Made by a program: the position numbers and the translations under genes. Of a DNA stretch of 64,000 nucleotides, positions 11,604 through 25,600 are shown piece after piece; positions within the stretch are counted from its first letter, which is position 1; every line of letters starts with the position of its first letter. The notes under the pieces are model-generated. The model saw nothing but the letters and a program-made list of their open reading frames with translations. It ran no database searches and was not told the DNA's origin. The stretch covers positions 2,676,327 through 2,740,326 of the forward strand of contig CM074807.1 of NCBI GenBank assembly GCA_037447605.1, in the 5' to 3' direction. This DNA is from Zygnema circumcarinatum SAG 698-1b. Taxonomy: Eukaryota > Plantae > Zygnematophyceae.

Positions 11604-14600
11604 ATGGCAACAAAGAGCTCTGGTCAGAGTAAGCTTGCACGGTTGGTGGTGCCTACATTGGAGAAGATCATTAAGAATGCTTCTTGGAGAAAGCATTCAA
11701 AGCTAGTGCAGGAATGCAAGACTGTTATTGAGTGGTTCCAGCGACGGCCTTTGCCAAACCGCCCAGAATCAAAGGCTTCTCCTTTAAAAGCCGTTTCCCA
11801 GCCGCTTAGAGATGATCCCTCAGGCAGTCAGAGCCTGGCTGGAGACCCTTCCGGAACAATTCCTCCACCGTCGCCCCAGCCAATCCATCCAGCAGTTAGG
11901 AATGGACTTGCCGAACAGCCTGAAGCGGTTCAGGGAAAAGTTGAGGGGGCTGAACCTGCCAATGAAGCAGTTGCCGACGGATCTGGAGCGGCCGTAATTT
12001 CTGGAGAGCCTCAAGCTGCTAGCTTAGCAAGCCCAACTTCATCTGCTGGCACTCCATCCGACGGAAATGTGGTCGACAATGGCATACCAAAGACTCCTCT
12101 GCCCGTGGAACAGACCACTAAAGCTGCTGAAGCGTTACCAGGAGACGAACTACAGAAAACTCCCGAGGCTCCGATAGAGTATCTATTTTTGTATGATGAA
12201 GGTAATCACCCTTACAGTACAAAAGAAGCAGAGTTTATCATGCACCCCCTGCACTCAGCTTGCGAGACCCTGTCACCAAAGGTTGTAGAACCTGCTTTAG
12301 ATTGCTTCCAGAAAATGATCGCCCATGGACATCTCAGGGGGGAAATGGATCAAGGCAATTCATTAGTAGAAAACAAGTCTCTTTTACGCGTGATGGATTC
12401 AGTCTGCCGCTGTTACGATATGGCAGATGAATCGGTAGAGTTGCTTGTTTTGAAAACTCTGCTTTCGGCAATATCATCGACCTCTGTGCGAGTGCATGGA
12501 GAGTGCCTGTTAAAGGCTGTCCGGACATGCTATAACATTTTCCTGGGCAGTAAGGTGCCAGTGAATCAGACCACCGCCAAAGCATCTTTAACTCAGATGT
12601 TGGTGATAGTTTTTCGAAGAATGGAAGCAGACTCGTCAACAGTGCCTGTGCAGCCTATTGTTGTGGCTGATCTTATGGAGCCCGCGGAGAGGTCATCCTC
12701 GGATCAAAATGTGACTCAGTTCGTGCAAAGTTTTATTACCAAAGTAGTTCAGGAAATCGAAGTAGTGTTTACTCCAAGCACACCATTGAAAAGCTTAAAG
12801 CACGACGGTGCTTTTGACGCAACAGTCACTGAGGACAAGGATTCGACAGATTTGTTGGGGGAAAGTGATAAGGATATGTTGGATGCAAAGTACTGGGAAA
12901 TAACAATGTACAAGAGTGCCATGGAGAAGAAAGGATCGCCAAGTGTACTGGCCATAGGAGACGTGGACATAGAAAAGGATGGGGATATTGAAGTGCAAAT
13001 CACCAACAAGCTTAGGCGTGATGCTTTCCTCGTATTTCGTGCACTTTGTAAGTTGTCTATGAAGAATCCTCCCCAGGAAGGTGTTATCGATCCTTTTGCA
13101 GTTCGAGGAAAAATTGTGGCTTTGGAGCTGCTCAAGATCATGTTGGAGAATGCAGGAGCAGTTTTTAGAACCAATGAAAGGTGAGTTTTTGAATTGGCTT
13201 GATAATATAGATGAGAGTAGGCAAGCTTCTGATGCTTAAGGTGAAAATTCTGGAACTAGGGATGCCTTATCTTGCTCATGCTTGCAAGTACCTTGCGACA
13301 TGTTATTCAAATGTAAGGAACTTGTCTTTCAGTTGCTTTCGGACTAGCTGTTGTCGTGAATCAAGAGGGCTACAAAAGTAAATGCGCAATTTTTATCAGA
13401 ACATATCAGTTTTGCACCTTGTTTGACATTTCCTGCAAAGAGGTCTCTGATGGCTAACGTACACATGCCATTCCTCTTTTTATGGAATTGTTCGAGTTGA
13501 TGTCATTGAATTGTGTGCAACATAGATCCAACTTAAGCGAGCAATGGCCTATTTGAGAGCTCAAGCTGTTACGAAAACCTTTCACTAATGTGGCCTACTC
13601 AGAAGTAGGAAACTCCTTTGATGCGAGAACTTAAAACTATGTGTCTTGTGCTGCTGACAGGTTTATTGGAGCTATGAAGCAGTATCTCTGCTTATCGCTT
13701 CTGAAGAACTGTGCTTCTTCTTTGATTGCTGTCTTTCAGCTCTCGTGCTCAATTTTTATGAGTCTAGTATCACGTTTCCGGCCAGGCCTCAAAGCTGAAA
13801 TAGGTGTCTTTTTTCCGATGATTGTTTTACGAGTTCTTGAGACTGTGGCGCACGCCAATTTTCAACAGAAGATGATTGTCCTGCGGTTTCTGGAGAAGTT
13901 GTGTGTGGATCCTCAAATTTTGGTGGACATTTTCGTCAATTATGACTGTGATGTTGATGCCTCGAACATCTTTGAGAGGTATGTCTCACACCTTATTTCT
14001 TAACTTTCCTGTGGTTAATGTGCTTGTCCTTTCTTCCCGTCTATATCTTGTTTCCCTTCCATGAATTGAGAAAGCATGTGTGACATCATCGTGGAAAAGT
14101 TCGTTGCAAACTACTGGAGGCAGACATAGATAGATGAAGGTAGTACACTCCAGGTAAGCATGTATTCATTTGAGAATCCACCAGGAACCTCATCGCAACG
14201 ACTTGAATAATCATAATGCTGTTATTCCTCAGATTGTTGGGTCAAATGGATCCTGTAGTTGTGGTTTGAAATTACAGGTTTTTAACCATCTATGCTGCAT
14301 ATTATATTCGAAGGTTTCCCTGAAGCCTCCCTCGGATACTGGCGGTTGACTGATCTATGCATGGTTGGCTAGTGTATGTGCCAAGCGGAAACGAGCTCCA
14401 TTCCATTTCCTGTGTTTCTTCTTCTTTTACAGGAAGACCTGTGCGGTTTTGTGAGAAAAACTGAGCAGGATAGTCCTTTTGGATGTGTTCCCTGTAGTGC
14501 GAATGAGTTGATAACGCCGCATAGGTTGGAGTATGTTTGTTTCATGTGGACAGAACGGTGAATGGCTTACTAAAGACAGCACAAGGAGTACCACCGGGAG

Positions 14601-17600
14601 CAGAAAGCACACTGAATCCCGCTCAGGATACGCAGCTCAGACTCGCCGCTATTAAATGTTTGGTGGGAGTCCTGCGATCCATGGGCAACTGGATAAACCG
14701 TCAGATGCGCATTTCCGATAGCGCATCTGTGAGGGCAACAGAGGGCGATGATTATGCTTTGCATGACGTGGCTCTGTCTGCCGATGGGGCTATCGATGAC
14801 GTGCATCCCGACAGTCATGATGGGCGGCAGGAGGCAGCAGCCAATCAGGGGGAGCCCAGGGAGGTCGCCACTTTTGAGCAGCGGCGGGCCTACAAGTTAG
14901 AGTTTCAGGTGTGCTTGGAGAGCTTGGACAGGTTAAAGTCGGTTGAGTCGAGTGTTTTGGTCTATCAACGCATCCTTGTGGGTTGCTTCTTGATGTTTGC
15001 AGAGGGCTGGTCAGTCAGGCTAGGCAGAATTGTCGGACTTTATGAAATGAGTGCCATTATGGCGTTGCTAACATGTGACTAGAACCGTCAGAGTCCTAAG
15101 CATCAGTTTCAACTGAGGAGGGCCTAATCGAGGATCGGAGTGTCATTTATGGAATGAAAAAGTCCTTTGAGCGAGCATTTTTTGAAGCTCTTCTCGGTGC
15201 TGTGCTGTGGCGAGCACAGGAAGGCATCAATCTCTTTAATAGGAAACCAGCAAAGGGCATCGATTTTCTTGTTAAGGCAAAGAAGCTTGGAGAGAGTCCG
15301 GAGGATATTTCAGCGTTTTTGAAGGCGGCAGAAGGACTCGATAAGAGCATGATTGGAGACTACTTGGGGGATCGTGATGAGACCTCGATAAAGGTTATGC
15401 ATTGTTATGTGGATTCATTCAACTTCCAGGTATGACTCCCCCTTAGCTGCTTGACTGATATCCACTACCTTACATTCTCATTTTATATGATATAGTGAGG
15501 GAGGAGCCCCCATTGTGTTTCAAGCTAACCTGATAGATGTCTCTACGAGTTGCTAATGGAGTAAATGGTTTTCATTTTACATAACTCTGTAGCACTCCAC
15601 TCACCAGCAGAATTTGTCTGCTGTTGTGAATGCAGGAATTGGAGTTTGACGAGGCAATTCGAGCCTTTTTAGAAGGCTTTCGATTACCTGGCGAAGCTCA
15701 AAAGATTGATCGGATCATGGAGAAGTTTGCTGAGCGCTATTGCCGATGCAATCCTCGGGACTTCACTAGTGCCGACACTGCATACATTTTGGCCTACTCT
15801 GTGATCATGCTCAACACTGACGCACACAATCCAACTGTTAAGAACAAGGTGCGGATAGTGAACTCTGGCCTCATAATGGCCACATCAATGTAGAGCTGGT
15901 TAGCAGTTCTTCTAATGTACAGTTCCGGTTTTTTTCCTTTCAAGTCTTTGGGCTACCCCTCTTCCCGCCTTATCCCCCCCTTTTCCTTTCTTCTTCAAGC
16001 GAGAGTCTCGGTAAGAAGTGTGTTTATGACAGATGGAACTTCGTTCTGCAGATGTCGAAGATGGAGTTTATTCGTAACAACCGCGGCATTGATGACGGGA
16101 ATGACCTTCCTGAAGAGTTCATGAGTGGCCTGTATGATAGAATCATCAAGAATGAAATAAAGATGAAAGCTGATGTGCTGAGCAACAGCAACAAGCAGGC
16201 AGCGCAGCAGAAAAACACAATGCTCGGCCTTGACGCAATCCTCAATCTCGTCGCCGGCCGCAGCCGCGCCGCAGCGCCCGCAGAAACAAGCGATGAAGTT
16301 ATCCGTCACATGCAAGAGCAGTTCCGTGCTAAGGCCGGGAAACCTGGGTAAGAAACAATCCAAATAGACTTTCAAGCTGGACAGGAGTACATAGAGCCTG
16401 TGTGAACAACGCTTCATCGAATACTACTGTGCAGCCTTGAGTTGCAGCCTTTTGGATTATTTTGAGGAAGTGGGCTTGAAGCTTAGCACAAGGGAGGGCT
16501 TGCTCATTCAAAGAGCATACATTGGACGCACGGATCCATTTCTGAAAAGCCACTTTTGGAAGCTCTTCTGAAATAGCTCTTTTTTGTTGCAGGTCTGTAT
16601 ACTATGCTGCATCTGACATAGAAATCATTCGTCCGATGGTGGAAGTCGTCTGGGCGCCTATGTTGGCAGGTTTCAGTGTGCCACTGGATAACAGTGAGGA
16701 TGAAGTGGTCACTTTCCAATGCCTTGAAGGCTTTCGTCATGCCATCCACATCACAGCTGTGATGTGCATGCAGATGCAACGGGACGCGTTTCTCACCTCC
16801 CTTGCGAAGTTCACTTCGCTGCACTCAGCAGCAGATATTAAGCAAAAGAATATCGATGCCATTAAGGTAAGTTGCCAGCCGACCATTCTCTATGCTTGTG
16901 GACTCGGGCATTGCTGTGAGCCTGGTTTGACTTTGAGTAACTACAGTCGCCAAGGACTAATTGCCGCAATCAACTCAGCACTTAAGCAGTTCCCAGATTG
17001 GTGGGAGTTTGTGAAAGAGCTCAAAGGACCGACGGTGCTTTAGCTGATATGAGGAGGTTGCAGAAGATAGGAGAATGCTGGAAACCTGGTGCAGGATTTC
17101 AGGTTTGACTTACGACAAACAAGTATTGACAATGCTTGCGACCCGCGTGAAGACCGATACTGACCTATTCACTCCTTATGTTGGGGCAGGCTATAATTGC
17201 CATTGGGGATGAAGATGGCAACTATCTGCAGGAGGCATGGGAGCACATCCTTACATGTGTGTCCCGATTTGAGCACCTTCACCTTATTGGGGAAGGGGCC
17301 GCACCGGACGCGACTTTTTTCGCCGCTCCTATTGCTGACGCGGAGAAAGCCAAAAACAGCAAGCAGCCATCACTGCGTCGCAAGGTGCTACTTGCTTCTG
17401 TTGTCTTAGCTCGTCCCTTCTTTCAGAAGTGGACCATATTGCCATTCGACATTTTCCCTTCATCTTTTAGAAAACTCTAATCTTTCTACTAAATTGAATA
17501 AGAGGGTTCTGCTATCTTTTCTCAATTGACTGTGAGTAAGGTGAAGGGTTGGGGCAGGTCCCGGGCAGGCAGGTTCACTATGAGAAGCTCGCTCGCAGGG

Positions 17601-20600
17601 GGTCATACGACAGTACAGGTGTGGGAGGGCAGGCGACGGGCACTGTGAGTGCGGAGCAGATGAATAACTTAGTCTCCAACTTGCATCTCCTGGAGCAGAT
17701 AGGCAGCTTTGAGTTGAGCAAAATTTTCACGCGGAGTGATCGGCTGAATAGTGAAGCTATAGTGGATTTTGTCCAAGCCCTCGTGAAAGTTTCACTGGAG
17801 GAGTTACGGTCGCCATCAGATCCGCGAGTGTTTAGCCTCACCAAGATTGTGGAGATATCGTAAGACCCAGCTTTCTGTCAAACTGCAAATTTGCTTATTC
17901 CTATGTACTTTCCCTTGGATGGGCAATGGCTCTAGTGTTTTTTAATGTAAAAAACCCATCCTATGCTTCTTCTATCATAACAGGTAAAATTCAACCATGG
18001 TAGACCTGCTTCCGTCGCATTTGCTCCACACTACTTTGATCAGAAGACTCAGAATTTTTTCTTGCCCGAGGGAATGCCTGGTGGGGCAGGCACTTCAATA
18101 TGTCAAGAATTCGACTCGTTTGGTCCCGCATGTGGGCGGTGCTGGCAGACTATTTTGTGACAGTTGGGTGCATGGAAAACCTCAACGTCGCCATGCATGC
18201 CATCGATTCGCTGCGCCAACTGGCGATGAAGTTCTTGGAAAGGGAGGAGCTTGCCAACTACAACTTCCAGAACGAATTTTTGAAGCCTTTTGTGGTGGTG
18301 ATGCGTCGGAGCAAAAGCGTTGAAATCCGCGAACTCGTCATCCGATGTGTCAGCCAAATGGTCTTTGCACGTGTTGCCAATGTGAAGTCTGGGTGGAAGA
18401 GCATGTTCATGGTGAGCTGGCTGGCAACCATGAATCAGTACAATTTCAGACTTCTTTATTCAAGAATTTCTTTGGGTGTTGAGGTTGAGTCTGCATGAGT
18501 AGCTGCTGGACAGGCGAGGCGTAGAACAGATGACATGCTTTTCAGAGAAGGACAAGCTGTACCCACTGTGTTGAGTGTGGTAGGACTTACGAAGGTCTAT
18601 TTTCTGTTACTCGTTGCAGGTTTTCACCAATGCAGCCAATGATGACCATAAAAACATTGTCTTGCTTGCTTTTGAGACTATTGAGAAGATTGTGCGCGAA
18701 TACTTCCCTTACATAACAGAAACTGAAACGACGACCTTCACCGATTGTGTAAATTGCCTCATTGCTTTCACCAATTCACGGTTCAATAAAGATGTGAGCC
18801 TTAATGCCATCGCATTCCTTCGCTTCTGCGCCCTCAAGCTTGCGGAGGGGGAGCTTGGCGCATCTGCTCTTGACAAGGACGGGAAAGAGCCGCAGACCAA
18901 GCGACCTTCTCTTCCTGGGGATGCCAATGGCGGGATATTCACAGACGACCATCTCTACTTTTGGTTCCCTCTTCTTGCAGGTGAATAACCTTCACTATTT
19001 TCCCCTTCGAGTTTTGCATGTCGTCACGATGGTAGGCCGTGGCCCGCACCAGCTTTATGGGTTACTTTTCTAAATTGAAGTCAGTGAGCTGGTTACTTCC
19101 GCACAAAGCTTAGAACCCGTTCCACTTCTTGGGTTTTTGTAGTGCATGACTGAAGTTGGGCTGCTTTGTTGTTTCCACTTTCATAGGTCTTTCTGAGCTG
19201 ACCTTCGATCCTCGGCCTGATATCCGAAAGAGTGCCCTTGAGGTGCTGTTCGACACACTGCGATTCCATGGCCACATGTTTTCACCTGCACTGTGGGAGC
19301 GAGTATTTGACTCTGTTCTCTTTCCCATCTTTGACTATGTGAGACGGGCCAGTGAGCCTCGCCCTTCAAGACGTGGGGCAGGAGGAAAGGGAGCTGAAAG
19401 TGCAGAGCAGAGTGAGAGAGACCAGTCGGAACTCGAGATGGATGCTTGGCTCTATGAGACATGCACTTTGGCCCTGCAGCTCGTGGTTGACCTTTTTGTG
19501 AAGTTCTATGCTGTGGTGTCGCCGTTACTGAACAAGATTTTAACGCTGCTCACGGGGTTTATCAAGCGACCCCATCAGAGCCTCGCAGCAATTGGGGTGG
19601 CTGCGTTTGTGCGGCTTATGAGCAATGCGGGGGAGTTGTTTTCAGATGACAAGTGGAAAGAGGTAAGGTTCTCTCCTCGACCTTCTCGAGTCGATTGAAC
19701 TAGTTGGTGACTTGGTATTCAAGTAAGGTTTTCTGTAAGTTCCATGCTGCACAGAATCATGTCCAATCGATCTTCATACAAGTTGCTGAATCCTCCACTG
19801 GAACAGGTCTATGGGAGACCTTGAGCTCTTAGGGTGTGATGAGCCCTTCAGTGACTGCAGATGCCGGTTGTGTTGCAAATTTTCTTTTGACAAAGTAAAT
19901 TTTTTAGTCAGAATTTTTGTGTGCAGATAGCTGCAAACAGTGTTCAATGCGATGCAGGTGATCAAGTGGCATTGAGGATGAGGTGGGGATGGTTTGGGTT
20001 TTGTGCTGGGCAGGTCCTGGAAGCTTTGAAGGATGGAGCTACTGCTACTCTTCCCGACATGGCGGGTGTTGTGCGAGCGGCGGAGGCAGAGGATGATGAG
20101 GATGATGAGGAAGAGGAAGGTGGAGGACAGCTACATAGTACACAAAGCTATGAAGACGATGAAAATGTTTCTTGGCGGAAGGGCCCTGCAAGTCTGCAGC
20201 ATGCCATTGCGGATGTGCGGTGCAAAATTGCGGTACAGCTGCTCTTGGTGCAGGTGCGGAACTTACTATCTTTTGGAAATTGGCAACTTTCGGTAGTAAA
20301 CCTTAGACTTTTGACAATAGTAGCCTGACAATCAGTTTTCTCAGCTTATGTCAGTACCTTTTGAAGGTTGAGTTGGTTTAACAGTTAGGTTTGTAAAGCA
20401 GGTGTGAAAGGAAGTAGGCTGTCTGCATGACCCTTTGGGCCTCCCTTTCCATTTTCACTGACGGAGAAATCCGTTCCCTCTTGCAGAAGAAAGCCATGTA
20501 TCCCGTGGTGCCCTAATCATTACTCCCGATATTTTGTGCAGGCCATGACAGAGATCTACGGCATGCATGGCGGTTCCTTGTCCTCATCCTTTGTGCTGGT

Positions 20601-21346
20601 CCTTCTAGACACCCTCCACATTGTGGCAGCTCACGCTCATGCGGTGAACAGCGATCACATTCTTCGCTTCCGCCTGCAAGAGCTGCGAACAGCCACAGCC
20701 ATGCCGGACCCCCCCCTGCTGCGTCTCGAAAGTGAGGCATTCCATGCGTACCTGGGAATGATCCAACGTCTGCCGCAGGACAAGCCCGACCTCGCTCAGG
20801 AGGTGGATGTGGAGCTTCGCCTCGTTCAGTTATGTCAGGAAGTTTTGCAAGTGAGTTTCCAAACCCACACTGTCCCACATTCTCTCTGAAGTTTGTGAGG
20901 CCTAGTAATCCCCACGCTGCTCAAATGCATTGAAACGAATGATCATGAAGTCGATGTTTCTGCAGTGCTCAAGTCGTTGCTTTGAGTAGAAAATGCGTTG
21001 TCTGATGCTCTTCCTTGTGCGCTCGTGACAGGTGTATGTTAGCACAGCAGCAGGGGGTCTGGCCCCCTTGGCAGATGAGCCCAGCAATGAGGCGCAGGCC
21101 GCCCACTGGGCCATGCCTTTGGGCTCCGCTCGCCGCAGAGAGCTTGTGGCTCGCGCGCCCCTAGTGGTGGCCACCCTGAGAGCCGTGGCGGGCCTGCAGG
21201 ACCCCGCCTTCAAGGAGCACCTCTCGCGCTTTTTCCCCCTTCTGGCGGAGCTTGTTAGCTGCGAACACGGCTCTGCGGAGGTGCAGATAGCGCTCAGCAA
21301 TATGTTCTCGTCAAGGATAGGGCCCATCCTACTGCATGCTCGGTAG
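11604..21346 (+). CDS. BIG: Brefeldin A-inhibited ARF guanine-nucleotide exchange factor (BIG1-4 clade; DCB-HUS-Sec7-HDS), about 15 exons
   Basis: N-terminus is [22 protein letters not shown]. The Sec7 catalytic motif [17 protein letters not shown] and [14 protein letters not shown] are present, as are HDS motifs ([27 protein letters not shown]) and the C-terminal [14 protein letters not shown]. All exons splice in frame with GT-AG. Confidence 0.97.
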
Positions 21347-22628
21347 TAATGTATTGGATTTTTGTGGAGCTGTCTCTCGGAGTAAGCTTCTAACAGAGGG
21401 GAGATGCACCGGCTGAGTAGTCGTAGACGCAGTTTTGAACTGAAGTCTTTGGTTACGGGGGGGGGCGCAAGGTAGGATAGGCCGTGCAGGACAGGCGGGC
21501 CCAGAAGGAAAGGCATTTCCACTAAATTCTCTTCGGCATCGGCCACTGTGTGAACGCAAGGAAACTCGTTATACGATTCTTTAGTTTTTGTTAGTTAGTT
21601 TTAGTTGTTGTAATGAGAGCTTGGTCTCATACGTCCAGGGAGATAAGGAAACAGAGAAGAGAAAGCATCAGCGCCCAAACATGGTCCATTAACAACTTTC
21701 AACATGGAGCATTAGCAAGGAACAATACGACTTATCACATGTGGGAGGTGACCTGTCCACAAGGCAGCGATTGTAGTTCTGGTAATAAGGGTCGCCTCAA
21801 ACGGACTCACGGAGTTAGAGGGGTCATTTGCCATGCCATGAATTCGCTGACTCCGTGGAGGACCTGGAGTCACTTGCGGTTGACTATACAGGCGCCCTTG
21901 TTGGCCTTACAAACGCCTCCCAGAAACTCCTCAGGCATACGATGCTGACGTATAGGCACCATCCCGAGATTCAAAGGTAGAGAGAGAGGAGAGGGAGCGA
22001 GTGAAAAAGGGTGAGAGCGACTCTTGCAAAATACCTGGCCAGTTGCATTCCACGCAACAACGTCCACAGCAACAACATCTTTTGGATATGGACATTAGAG
22101 GCCAATTCACGCAAACACAATTCATTCGCGGTACGGATTGCTATGTCTTCAAAAAAGATGAAAAATCGTTATCAGATTTCCTAACACAAGCAGCAGACCC
22201 CCTTCTTGCTTGCTGCTTTAACCCTATGTTGTCTATTTTGTCGCATTGTACAATGCAGAAGCTTCTGTTGGCCTCTTCCTATGCTACTTCATGGGCCTAT
22301 GCAGCGCTTACAGCCTCGTGCTGCAAGAGAATGCCCATTACTGAAGCCAACCCACCGATGCCCTACTACGACCCACTGTCTAACTTCTTTCAGCTTCTTT
22401 GTCGAAACATGACATCACTTGACATGACGTTCCTTCCTCTTGAAGCTGCCCAAACTCGCAATGTTTCCGCTCTTCAACTCTCTCGTTTCTGACAGCGTGT
22501 TATTTGTGAGCGGCCACATTACTTCCAGCTTTCCACTCTGCATATATTCTGTACAGCCTATTAAAGCGCTTGCTCGTATGGACAAATGGATCTTGAAACC
22601 TAGTCGTTGCATCTTTCCCTAGTTGAAC

Positions 22629-25600
22629 TTAGAAACTAGCCTTCATCAGACGAGGCCGTGCTGCAATGAGAATTTCCCCATAGGCCTCGCTCTGCTCCAC
22701 ATGAATGTAGTCTCTTGTAGCCAACACCTGCAAGGAGCAGGAAAGGCCAATTACACCTTGTCCCGGGTTCCCTCTACTGCTGCTGCGTATCCCATACTGT
22801 GAGTTTGCTCCCTCTCCTCTGCGGCGAAACAAAAACAAACATAATAAATTTCTTACCAGTGTCTCAAAGAACATGCGCGCCGCCTCCTTACGAGTCTTGC
22901 CTGTCACCATGTTGTCCATGGACAGTTGCGGTGGAGACACCTCCCCAGCGGAAGGGGGGTATGTCTGCCCACCAAGTCCATCGAATGTCTTCTGCAAATA
23001 CTGTCCGACATCTCTGTATGAACAAGGCCCAAAAGGAATCCTTTCCCCCAGTCATGAGCGCACGGTCCATTCCAACTTTGACATGATGCGTAAACGACAT
23101 GGTATCGAAAAAACATCATTATTTGAAGGATGCGAAACAGTTTCTCAACGAACAGTCCATTCCGGCAGAGGACAAGGGTGGTACACCCAGCTACATCTGT
23201 TACAGCCCTTCAAACAACGGTAGATTTACAAATGTCCCTAGAGTAACGACGGCATACAAGCACCAGAAACACTTCAGATTGCCAAAATGGCATAAAAGCT
23301 CATGAAAAGCAAACTTCCCAGAAATTGACTAACCTCGTCCGCAAAGACCAGCTGCCGTCTTTCTCGCCCCTTTGACTGCTTGGTTGGAAAGCACCCTCGT
23401 CTGATTCAATGGTCCCTGTGAGAAAAGAGCGGACAAAGGTAATTTAGCCATTGAAGCCCCATGGCAAGCAGCGAATTGCAGAAAGTCTATCTAAACGCTC
23501 ACAAACCTGCATCTGCCGCATCTCCTAAAAAGTTTAGGCCCTCCGCATACGCCTGCACAAGTCCACTCCACCAACATAGCCTGCGTGAGTAATAGGGGAA
23601 ATCCGACACTTAAGAAAGCAGAATGAGCATCAATTAGCACTATGCATTCGTTTGGGCACAACTGTACTTCGGTTTTCTACACACGCGCAGCCATAGGAGG
23701 TGTCAAACTCTGCAGCCATAAGGAATGCGCTCTCATACTGCTGCTTCGCCAGTATTCTCGGCCGTCTCCGTTGGAGGTGGAGGCTGCGGCGTCGCAACAG
23801 ATGCAGGACCTTCAAGGCCCTCCATGGCTGCCCAGTCCACTTCCACAGCTGGCAATACATCCGTATCCGTGGGAAAAGGATCACCTTCCTCGGGCAAAAG
23901 GTGTGTACCTACCCAAACATAAAGAGCCACCAAAGAATTCCCAGTTGTCAGTCTATCAGTGGAACAACTCCACACCCAGTAAACGCACGAAGACTCAGCT
24001 ACACGAAAAATACAGAAAGGCAAAAGAGGGGAGGCCATGCCTGATTGAATTGCTGGGGATGCTGGCACAGCCTCGACATTGACGTTGACATCTGGCAACT
24101 CTCCGGCAGGAACATTCTGTACAGTCGCAGGGACGTCCTCCACACGCTCAACCAACACTTCCACCCTCCGCAATGTTCGCTCATCCTCCACAACAACTGC
24201 TTCAGCAATGGCCTCCGCAGTGGCTTCCTCCCTTAACTCTGTGTCTACCTCGGCAGCTCCACTCTCAGCTATGGCCGGCATTTCAGGCTGTTCACGGATT
24301 TGTAACTCCACATCTGCAACCTTTGCAACACTCTCCCCTGCTTCCTCCATGACTACATCCTCCAGACTGTCCCTTGCAATCACCCCTTCTGCAACAGCTT
24401 CTGTGAACTCAACTGGGCGACTTTCCTCCATTTCTCTCAATCCCATCTCGCCTCCTGCTGCCTGCGGTTCCACCATCTCTGCACCTTGCCCACTTATCCT
24501 TTCGTCTACCTCCATTGCAGGTTGCTGTGCATCACTGAGAGCTCTTTCATCTCTTCCTTCAATTGGAGTAATTCCTGCAGGAAGTTCCTCAGTTGCTCTC
24601 ACGTCAAAATCTTCTTCGTGAGGCTGCTCTTCGTCTATTTGAAGTGGAGTTCTTCTAACTCCCTCTGCTTCCTTCTGAGGAACACGTGCTCCATCAGCTC
24701 CATGAATACGGTTATAGAGGCTCACAATCTTGTCAGGTAGTCCTGCAGCCTCCCTTGTTTGTACTCATTGAGAATCCCTTCTTAGCAGGCCAATGCCCCG
24801 ATCACAGTAGCATATGCCAGGGATGTGACTTAACATGGCACATCTGCATTATTTGGATTGATGCAGAGACCAAAAGGAGAAAATAACGTAGTTCATTCCA
24901 TCAACAGTAAACCTAAGGGATGGTTGGTGAGACCCACCCTGTACAGCTAAATGATCAAAGATGTCAGCTCCAAGGGCCAAAGGCCTCCTCGGTTCCTGAA
25001 ATCTGGCAGTCCTGCGACGAACTCTGCGAATATCGCTGGTGTCCACCAGCTGCTGCCTCATTACTCTGCATTTCAAAGCCAGCTAGTCTAGTAAGACTAG
25101 GGATCCCATAGCAGAAAAGGGAACTTTTCACTAAGGTTCAATTAAAGTATGAAATGGGAGTGCAATCCCATTCTCAGCATCTCGCATCCCTAAAAAAAGC
25201 TGAGGAAATAACGTCCATAAGACGAAAACAGACGTGAAACGGCAAAACATGAGTGAGACGCACTCGCTGGGAAGAACAGTCGAAGCATCAACCATCGCCT
25301 TCCGCTTGCGTGGTGGGCGAGGGGGCAGTCCGCCGGCAACGGGAGGAGCAGATGTATCACGATGAGGAGGTCTAGGGGGAGGAGGAGGTGGTGACGGAGC
25401 TCTTGGAAGCTCAGGTGTTGCCTGCACAGCAATTTCTGGGGTCTCCATATCTGCAGAAGGTAAGTGAACAGATCAATAAGTATTAGGGGATAATGATGGC
25501 AATTTATATGTCTGTCAACACGTGCTCTGCGGGCATATTCTGTTACCAGGCAGATTTCATCACTTCCTTGACAAGTAAAGAAGCCTTCCTCACCTGGGCC

